DNA of 64,000 nt from NCBI GenBank assembly GCA_965242865.1, contig CBDETK010000013.1, forward strand, positions 2,464,001-2,528,000, given 5' to 3'. The DNA comes from Candidatus Latescibacterota bacterium (lineage in GTDB: Bacteria; Latescibacterota; UBA2968; UBA8231). Shown here piece by piece: positions 57,510 to 64,000 of the stretch. The notes beneath the pieces are model-generated. The model ran no database searches, had not been told where the DNA came from, and saw only the letters and a program-made list of their open reading frames with translations. The number at the start of each line of letters is the position of its first letter. Within the stretch, counting starts at the first letter, position 1. The position numbers and the translations under genes were made by a program.

Positions 57510-60500
57510 GCGCGAAACGCAAAAAGAAGCGGGCCAAATCCAAAGCGGCGAAGTCCAGGGACGGCCGACAGCACAAAGAGCAACCGACCATACCTGAAAA
57601 GCACGACCCGCACGAAACGGTTGCTAAGGCCCCTGCCATGGAAATACCGCCCCTCGTTCCGCCATTTGACCAACTTGATCAGATAGCGGCGCGAGAAACG
57701 CCAGAAGTTGCCGGGGCTTGGTGGATCGCGCTTCAGGCCGCTCATCACGTGGTCGAGTGTGCGGCAAAGCGAGACCCTCACACCGGCGCGAGCCTTCCAC
57801 ATTCCCTCTACGAAGTACTGAAGGCGGTGGCCGATGCGACCAAGACCGGAACGCGCCCCATGCCCAACGGTGGCCTCCACCGCGCCTCGGTGCTGGCGTT
57901 TGAGCCATTGCGGGCGATTTTGCACCAGCCGAGAACGCGGCTCCTGCGGGAACACGCACAGCGACCGATTCACTCCATTCGAGAGATGGACACCCATTGT
58001 ATGGCTTGGCTGGCTCGGTTGCCGGGCCGAACCATACGCGAGAAACTGGCCGGGAAGCAACACGTGCTGTCAGTCGTCCGCCGCTTCACGCCAGACACGC
58101 CGGAAAACCGAGTTGCCAAGCGCGTCGCCGATCTCTTGATGAGGCAGCTCGATGGACGCTTCGCCCACGCGGCGGCCTACGATGAGGACGGCCCTTGCGA
58201 TGCCCAGCAGCGCGAGACTCTCGACTTCTGCCGCCGCTTTCTCCGCGACGAAAACTTTGCCCCGATTCCCCTCAGCGACATGCCCCGGCCAAACAACGCC
58301 TTGCTCAATGACCGCCATTACGCTCGCGTCTGGCGTGCATGGATGCTGTTGCACGAGGAAGAGGAGGCGTTGAGAGCTGCTTGGCCTTATGCAGAAGAAT
58401 GCTTTAGGACCGCGGCCTTTTGGGCTGTTGCCGGTGAGATTGTCGCTAGATACGGTGCCCGCGTAGCCGAAGCATTGGCCGTGCCCGATGTAGAGATGGC
58501 CGACGGCCATAAGTGCGGTATTTGGAAGGACGAAGCAACCCCTATCACTGAAATAGACCTGCTCGTAACGGGCGATGACGACTCGCAAGCTGACCTAGAG
58601 GCCGCAGTGATCAGCGTTCGGCAAGTACGCGAGGGGGTTAGAATTGTGGAGAAGCGGCTGAGAACTCAGAAAAGTTCAAGAGGTCCCGCAGAAGGCTGCG
58701 TGAAATTGATCAACGACGATAAAAACTTCGGCTTCGTTCGCAGCGAAAGTGGAGAGGAGTACTACTTCGACCCTAAAACAGTCGGCGACAAAGGCACCTT
58801 CTCCGATCTTAGTACAGGCGATAGGGTTACGTTCACGCCAAGAAGACAAGGTACGGGTAAGAGCGTATCGGCTTGTAATGTGCGGCGGTATGAGACAGGC
58901 TTGCGCGTAGCTCACACTATCGAGAAGGGGGCAAAGACTTGGCGCGTTGCGTTTCACGATGATCCCAATCCGTCAGACTTTCAATGTCGTCGCGGTTTCC
59001 CCATTCACGCCACCCCAGACAATGGACAGCGAGCGGCCACCAAACGCTTCGCTTCGTTTTCCAGCCTTAAACATATCCTCGACTGGCGAGGATACGCCGA
59101 CATTGAGGGGTTGCGAGGTTTCGCCAAAGCTGCAACTCCTCCCCTCAACCTCAAATCGCCCCCGGCGTCAGACACGGAGAGGCCATCTTCGGCAATCGGC
59201 ATTGATCCGTTCGGCAGATGTGTGTTTGTAGGAACTAAAGAGGAAGCGTGGGCAACGGCGACCTTGCCTTATGCACTACGCCACGAATCGCAGTGGCAGG
59301 TCGGAACATCCCGTCGCCTTCCGAGTGTTGGCGAGGTATGGCCCTTGGATGTCGATTTAAGTACTCGCAATGCGGCTGACGAATCTACCGCTACTGCGAG
59401 TTGTCACCAAATTGTTAGAGCTCTTGCCCAAGAGGTGCGTGGACGGGAAGTATCCTTTGTCGTCCCCGATGGGCCGGACGAGTTTTCGCAGCAGACTTTA
59501 CGGGCGGCGATGTTGGGCGCGTTTCCGCGGAATAGGCCAATCGCCCGCAGTGTTGCCGCCGCCCTATCTTGGCAGCATCAAGGCAAGGTCAGGGATGGAG
59601 ACAAGGTACTCGTACTTTGTGCCGAGGCCGATGCTCTCTCGTTCAGCCTACTCGTGGCAAGACGAGATCGGCGTTTGGAGGAGAAACGCCCCGAAAGCAA
59701 GGGCATCTTTTGGGAGCGTCGGCCTGCCTTGCCCGCAGACGAGTACGGAAAAGGTTTCGGCTTGCGCGATATTTGGCGCGACTATGCTCGTCGTTTGTTC
59801 AACCTAAAGGATCGGGATGAGAGCGACCGAGAAAAGATCATCTCGTACCTCGTGGATAGCGGCCTTCTGCAAGAGGCCGTTGAAAGCGGCTCCCCGCGCT
59901 GGGTCCGCGACCGAGATCAGTGGCTCGTCCTCGAACACTCGCCACAGCTTTGGGCCGACGTCTTGAAGCGTTGGCGAAAGCGATTCAACTCGGCACTGAA
60001 ATCTGGTCTAAGAGAGCTCATTTCAAAGGCCGTGGGAAGGCGATGCCACCTCTTGCTCGTTGGTCCTCCCTTCAACGAAAAGGCCGTATTTGACCACATC
60101 AAGAACGCTCTCTCGCAACAAGTAGGCCGCGGCAAACCCATCTCTCTCAAACAGGTTGCCTACATTGCGTCCGAGAAGGGTGCTCTTGCTAGCGGTGCAG
60201 CCGAGTTCACGGAGCGATCTTGTGCGGGGCTACCGGCGTGGAAGGATTGGCTGCCCGATCTTTTTTTGGAGATTATCCGAGACGGGCTTTACGACGAAGT
60301 GGAGATCATGCGAGACAAGGCGGTAGATGCCACACTTGGTGCGCTTCATCGAGAAAAGGTCGCTGAGGAATTGGTCCTACCGGCCGGGCAGACTCACTAC
60401 ACTTTACCGCTCGTTGCCGGTCGCGCAAATCGCCGCCCCGTACCGGCTGACTTGTGTCTCGATTCCAACCATTTCCCGTTGCAACAGGATGTTCGAGTTC

Positions 60501-61675
60501 GGCTTGAACTCAGCTACCAATATGGCGTCGAGAATGGATACGAAATCACGGTCTTTCCCGTAGAGCCGGAGACGGCCCCGTTCAGTGTGCTCAAGGGAAA
60601 ATGGATGAAATCGAACGAGGAGGACGGTAAGCTAACGGAGAAGCCTGTGCCGCCTTTTCGGAATCACATAAGACGAAAGGCCGCTGAATCAACCACCGAA
60701 TCAACCACTATAGCGGATATCCGAAGGGAAGTAGAGCGGTTGCTTTCGGGCGAGGCGAAAAACCCCGAGGGCACGATTGGGTGGCTGATACGGCAATTGC
60801 GAGACCAACGAGAGAAACGAGAGCAAGCGGCATTCGGGGGGTGGTGTGGGATGACCGTCCCGGAATACGACCATAGCGATCTTATGGAGGTAGCAGGTAG
60901 CTCAGTTCTTGTCGAGCTTTTGTTAGAAGTCGTCAACGATCACGACAGCCTTGGCGTCTCCCAAGATTTGGCAAAGGATATAAAAAAAGAAGCCATCCTA
61001 TTCTTGTGTACCCTTGGCGATCAAGTACCCAAAACCATTACCAAGAGCATCCGAACTAAACTCAAATCAGACAAACTCGAATCAGGTGAACCGCATCTCG
61101 CCAACGCAGCAGGTATTCTCCACCGAACGCAGTCGGAAGAACACTGGCTCGATCAACTTTGGAAAAAGGTCGTTACGCGCATAGAGCCTTACGAGAATCC
61201 ATGGCTTTACGGAGAGTCCATACGCGAGATTTCGCATACAGCTTGGGTTCTTCCTGACTTTCTTGAGGACTTCGTCAAGCGCAACCCCGACTTTGTGCAA
61301 AAGTCGTTTCGCATCATTGAGGACAGCGTCCGAGATGTTGTCTCCAAAGCGGCACAGGCCATGGAGCCAGATTCGGAGACAAAAATTTACGGAGGGCACA
61401 TTCGACGCTTCCAAGCCTGTTGCGAGTTGGTACTGGCACTGCTTCGGCTACCCGATACGCCACTCGTCGCTAACCCGTCCAGAATGTCACAATTAGCAAA
61501 GAGCATCCGACGCGCCGACTGCCTGATAACACACGCGGAGAAGTACAAAGTGCGTACTTCCTTATATTTTGAGTTGGACCAACCCGAAGATCTAGCCCGC
61601 GTGTCGGACCTTGCTTACGCCGCGAGCTACTATCTCATGGGACATGAGACAACAAACCTCGTCCGAATCGGCTGA
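57506..61675 (+). CDS. McrC-related DUF2357 + cold-shock OB + Hsp70-like + helical-repeat fusion (CnuCD-like)
   Basis: DTPENR and PNNALLNDRHYARVW (DUF2357); GCVKLINDDKNFGFV...YYF (CSD); AIGID...VVPDGPDEFSQQTLR...RSVAAAL...GAA (actin/Hsp70-like). GTG overlaps the upstream TGA. Confidence 0.78.
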   Translation: MSAKRKKKRAKSKAAKSRDGRQHKEQPTIPEKHDPHETVAKAPAMEIPPLVPPFDQLDQIAARETPEVAGAWWIALQAAHHVVECAAKRDPHTGASLPHSLYEVLKAVADATKTGTRPMPNGGLHRASVLAFEPLRAILHQPRTRLLREHAQRPIHSIREMDTHCMAWLARLPGRTIREKLAGKQHVLSVVRRFTPDTPENRVAKRVADLLMRQLDGRFAHAAAYDEDGPCDAQQRETLDFCRRFLRDENFAPIPLSDMPRPNNALLNDRHYARVWRAWMLLHEEEEALRAAWPYAEECFRTAAFWAVAGEIVARYGARVAEALAVPDVEMADGHKCGIWKDEATPITEIDLLVTGDDDSQADLEAAVISVRQVREGVRIVEKRLRTQKSSRGPAEGCVKLINDDKNFGFVRSESGEEYYFDPKTVGDKGTFSDLSTGDRVTFTPRRQGTGKSVSACNVRRYETGLRVAHTIEKGAKTWRVAFHDDPNPSDFQCRRGFPIHATPDNGQRAATKRFASFSSLKHILDWRGYADIEGLRGFAKAATPPLNLKSPPASDTERPSSAIGIDPFGRCVFVGTKEEAWATATLPYALRHESQWQVGTSRRLPSVGEVWPLDVDLSTRNAADESTATASCHQIVRALAQEVRGREVSFVVPDGPDEFSQQTLRAAMLGAFPRNRPIARSVAAALSWQHQGKVRDGDKVLVLCAEADALSFSLLVARRDRRLEEKRPESKGIFWERRPALPADEYGKGFGLRDIWRDYARRLFNLKDRDESDREKIISYLVDSGLLQEAVESGSPRWVRDRDQWLVLEHSPQLWADVLKRWRKRFNSALKSGLRELISKAVGRRCHLLLVGPPFNEKAVFDHIKNALSQQVGRGKPISLKQVAYIASEKGALASGAAEFTERSCAGLPAWKDWLPDLFLEIIRDGLYDEVEIMRDKAVDATLGALHREKVAEELVLPAGQTHYTLPLVAGRANRRPVPADLCLDSNHFPLQQDVRVRLELSYQYGVENGYEITVFPVEPETAPFSVLKGKWMKSNEEDGKLTEKPVPPFRNHIRRKAAESTTESTTIADIRREVERLLSGEAKNPEGTIGWLIRQLRDQREKREQAAFGGWCGMTVPEYDHSDLMEVAGSSVLVELLLEVVNDHDSLGVSQDLAKDIKKEAILFLCTLGDQVPKTITKSIRTKLKSDKLESGEPHLANAAGILHRTQSEEHWLDQLWKKVVTRIEPYENPWLYGESIREISHTAWVLPDFLEDFVKRNPDFVQKSFRIIEDSVRDVVSKAAQAMEPDSETKIYGGHIRRFQACCELVLALLRLPDTPLVANPSRMSQLAKSIRRADCLITHAEKYKVRTSLYFELDQPEDLARVSDLAYAASYYLMGHETTNLVRIG

Positions 61676-61725
61676 CTCGCGACTTTCTTGCCTCGTCCGG
61701 TTTGCCAGCAAAAGATGAAGGCTTG

Positions 61726-61787
61726 GTGGCCATTGCCCTAATATCCAAGTCGGTGACCCAGTTGCACTATTGAGGCCGGTCAGCCGC
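61726..61787 (+). repeat. 62-bp direct repeat, right island boundary
   Basis: Identical to 44388-44449; includes the stop codon of the convergent GNAT gene. Confidence 0.97.
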
Positions 61788-62766
61788 GCAGTGCTTGGCC
61801 GAGGGCAAAAGCGCGCTTGAGCCAGCGGCTCTTGTAGCCTACCACCGCGCAGTACGGCACGAGGTTGCAGCCAAAGCCGCGCTTGAAAAAGGCGATGGAT
61901 GGGATGTTGGCGCCGACGAAGTCGAAGTACGGGTGGGAACAGGTCGCCCAGTACTGCCAGAACAACAGCGAGTTGGCGCCGGTGTGGTTGAAGGCGGGGT
62001 CTGAACCCCCGGTCCAGAAGTAAGCGGTGTCGCGGCCCTCGACAAAGACCACGAGGCTCGCAGTCTCCCCGTCGGAAACTGCGATTTTGTATGCTTTAGC
62101 TAGGCCGGCCGCTAGGACGAGAGCGACAAAGCGTTCGGCCATCGCGGAGGCGACCGGAGGGCCGCTGGTCTGGTTGGTGTACGTGGCTTCGTATTGCCGC
62201 CGAAAGAGCGCGGTGTCAGCGGTGGCTTGGAGCTGATAGCCGAGCTTTTCGGCTTTGCGGATGGCGCGGCGTCTGAGGCTCGCGAGCCGTTCCCATAGCG
62301 CGTCGCTATCGCCGAGGGGCAGCCGATAGGTGTAGCGCAGGTGCGCGTCCCAGCCTTGCCAAGTGAAAGGGCGCACATCGGCGATGGCCGGCGCGTGGAC
62401 TAGGAAGACGCGGTGGTAGTGCTTGGCGACGTAGTCGAGCAGATGCGTACAAGCGTGGTGCTGGGCGGCTTCGGCCGTAGCGGGCCTTTTGCTGGCAACC
62501 GGGGCTAAAAGCAGGCCGGTGTGGGGCGTCAGCTCCGGGGTTTCGAGGCGGTAAAGTCCCCAACGCCAGCGGGCTAGGCCGCTGAGGCCGGCCACGAGGC
62601 GTCCATTGCGGTAGCAGCCGAGGCGATGGACTTGACCGCCGGTAGCCGCGGCCGCACAACGCAGCCAGGCACTGGTGGAGAATACCGTGCCGCCGATGGC
62701 TTGGTGGACGAAGGCATCCCAAGCGGTGTCGTCGGCGACGAGCTGGACTTCGTAGGTATCGGGCAT
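61780..62766 (-). CDS. GNAT/FemAB-like (Acetyltransf_6) protein
   Basis: WDAFV...TVFSTSAWL, RRRAIRKAEK, FDFVGANIPSIAFFKRGFG; start at MPDTYE (62766). Confidence 0.85.
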   Translation of the reverse strand: MPDTYEVQLVADDTAWDAFVHQAIGGTVFSTSAWLRCAAAATGGQVHRLGCYRNGRLVAGLSGLARWRWGLYRLETPELTPHTGLLLAPVASKRPATAEAAQHHACTHLLDYVAKHYHRVFLVHAPAIADVRPFTWQGWDAHLRYTYRLPLGDSDALWERLASLRRRAIRKAEKLGYQLQATADTALFRRQYEATYTNQTSGPPVASAMAERFVALVLAAGLAKAYKIAVSDGETASLVVFVEGRDTAYFWTGGSDPAFNHTGANSLLFWQYWATCSHPYFDFVGANIPSIAFFKRGFGCNLVPYCAVVGYKSRWLKRAFALGQALRG

Positions 62767-62891
62767 GGGCTCCGCTGGGGTGGGGACGGTGGCTGAAATG
62801 GGTCGGCAGCCGAAAGAACCACATCGGCTTTTGCGCGTCAAGACGCTGGCCTTTTTGCTGCTGAAAATTTTGTTTTGTTTATGATCCGTTA

Positions 62892-63026
62892 GAAGCGTTC
62901 TTAACACTCATGTTGTTTTTGGCTCGTCTTGCCTGACGCCTCTAGCGGTCATTCCCGCGAACGCGGGAATCCAGCAAAGGACCAAGCCGAATCAGAAACG
63001 GAAACCCTAAATTTTAAGAACGCTTC
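62892..63026. mobile_element. 135-bp MITE, copy 2 (inverted relative to copy 1)
   Basis: GAAGCGTTCTTAA...TTAAGAACGCTTC, with TTA at 62889-62891 and 63027-63029. Confidence 0.88.
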
Positions 63027-63081
63027 TTAGGGCTTACGCAAGCACCATGGCATAACTCGGTTGGACATCTTTGGAGAAACA

Positions 63082-64000
63082 GTGCTTGATAATCGTCGCA
63101 ATTTTACAGCTATCCCCCTGAAAACCTACTCCCGAATTTTGCCGCTGGCTCTTTTGCTCGCGCTGTTGGCATCCGCGGCCAACAGTGCCTCCGACGAGGT
63201 GGAAGGACTCGGCATGCCCACCGAAGTCTCCATTAGTACTTCCAGCCGACGCCTTACTGTCGCTTGGAGCGAAACCCCCGGCGCGACGAGTTACCAGATC
63301 GCCATCCGACCGAAAGACCAAGTCGTTCCCGCATGGCGCGAGTACATCGCGTCCTCCTCGCCCTACACCATTGCGGATGGGTGGGGGTGGGCAATGAGCG
63401 GGCTGCAGTATGAGGCTCGGGTGGCCGCGGCCAACGCCGAGGGTCAATCCGAGTGGTCGGCCCCGGTTGCGATGACCGCTCCCGTGCTCCAAGCGGCCCC
63501 GGCCGATGCAATTGGAGTCCCTTTATCGCCTCCGTTGGTGGGAGAAACCATCCGCGTTGACTTGGTGAGCCAGCGTCCATTTGCGAACCGGTCGGAGTGG
63601 CATTGGTTTATTTGCGGTTCGGACGGGTCCGATTGCCAAGTATTGCCGAGGAGTCCCTATCGCTGGATGTCGGGTTGGGAGTACTTCATGGAGCCGGCCA
63701 TGCAGGGGAAGCACGTGTCAGTGCAAGTAGATTACGACAAAGAGGGCGCGTCGTACTCGGCGACAGCGGTGTTGGGCGTCGTCGGCGCGGCGCGGACGCT
63801 CGCGACGCACCTGTACGATCTGCAATCGGCGTGGGTCTGGCTCCAGTGGGATCGGGTGCGCGGTGGGGCCATCGCGCCGTTGGGCAACGACTTGCTCGTG
63901 GCCGCGCCGTGGGGGCGGCTCGCGCTGGTGTCCTCAACCGGGGAGGTGGCCTATCTCGCGGGAAACGTGCCGATGAACAGGGCCGAACTCCAAGGACACC
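63082..64000 (+). CDS. Secreted fibronectin type III domain protein, 3' end outside the window
   Basis: Not in the ORF track. GTG 63082 after GGAGA; signal peptide (ILPLALLLALLASAANSA); FN3 pattern LTVAW...YQI...YEARVAAANAEGQSEWS; frame open to the end of the window. Confidence 0.75.
   Translation, partial: MLDNRRNFTAIPLKTYSRILPLALLLALLASAANSASDEVEGLGMPTEVSISTSSRRLTVAWSETPGATSYQIAIRPKDQVVPAWREYIASSSPYTIADGWGWAMSGLQYEARVAAANAEGQSEWSAPVAMTAPVLQAAPADAIGVPLSPPLVGETIRVDLVSQRPFANRSEWHWFICGSDGSDCQVLPRSPYRWMSGWEYFMEPAMQGKHVSVQVDYDKEGASYSATAVLGVVGAARTLATHLYDLQSAWVWLQWDRVRGGAIAPLGNDLLVAAPWGRLALVSSTGEVAYLAGNVPMNRAELQGH

Larger units (their letters stand above)
44450..61725. mobile_element. 17.3-kb defence island without integrase
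   Basis: Bounded by the 62-bp repeat; visibly lower GC and different codon usage; all genes on the + strand and defence-type. Confidence 0.85.

Noticed and set aside
44388-61787. Prophage or ICE
   Set aside because: No integrase, structural, replication or conjugation genes between the repeats.
53-63937. Hundreds of overlapping Arg/Pro/Ala-rich ORFs in the six-frame track
   Set aside because: Shadow frames of high-GC genes, with no motifs and overlapping well-supported CDSs.
1-64000. CRISPR array, tRNA or rRNA genes
   Set aside because: No regularly spaced repeat-spacer units and no recognisable tRNA or rRNA signatures by eye; a covariance-model scan would be needed to exclude small ncRNAs.

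Overview
High-GC bacterial chromosome segment, probably from an FCB-group lineage such as Ca. Latescibacterota or relatives; this is inferred from the TonB receptor / T9SS-like CTD protein / PorV trio and the DUF6785 and DUF4159 genes. The backbone carries a TPR protein (partial), the pyruvate dehydrogenase operon aceE-aceF-lpdA, a DUF4159 protein, an HpcH-like aldolase, a cytidylyltransferase-PEP mutase fusion next to CDP-alcohol phosphotransferases, a Gfo/Idh/MocA oxidoreductase, a TonB-dependent receptor locus, an IS982-disrupted Nramp-like transporter and an uncharacterised membrane cluster (M28/FtsX fusion, DUF6785, OPT-like). Accessory DNA repeatedly interrupts this backbone. (1) A 17.3-kb island (44450-61725) is bounded by a perfect 62-bp direct repeat and has no integrase. 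It encodes a CARF-like/RtcR-type sigma54 activator, a complete sigma54 promoter (two palindromic UAS, IHF site, -24/-12 box) and a tightly packed DUF4258 - TerY-P triad - SF1 helicase - wHTH/HEPN - coiled-coil McrB(NxD) - DUF2357/CSD/Hsp70-like operon, i.e. a CoCoNuT-like predicted RNA-targeting defence system. (2) A Type IIG R-M + NDT-like + SNF2 helicase cassette (33333-40256) matches no system I can name. (3) An AAA_21/DUF4276 pair, a GIY-YIG gene beside a REP doublet, two copies of a 135-bp MITE with TTA target duplications, and dRS3-like palindromes. No rRNA, tRNA or CRISPR array was seen. All protein calls come from motif recognition by eye, not database searches.
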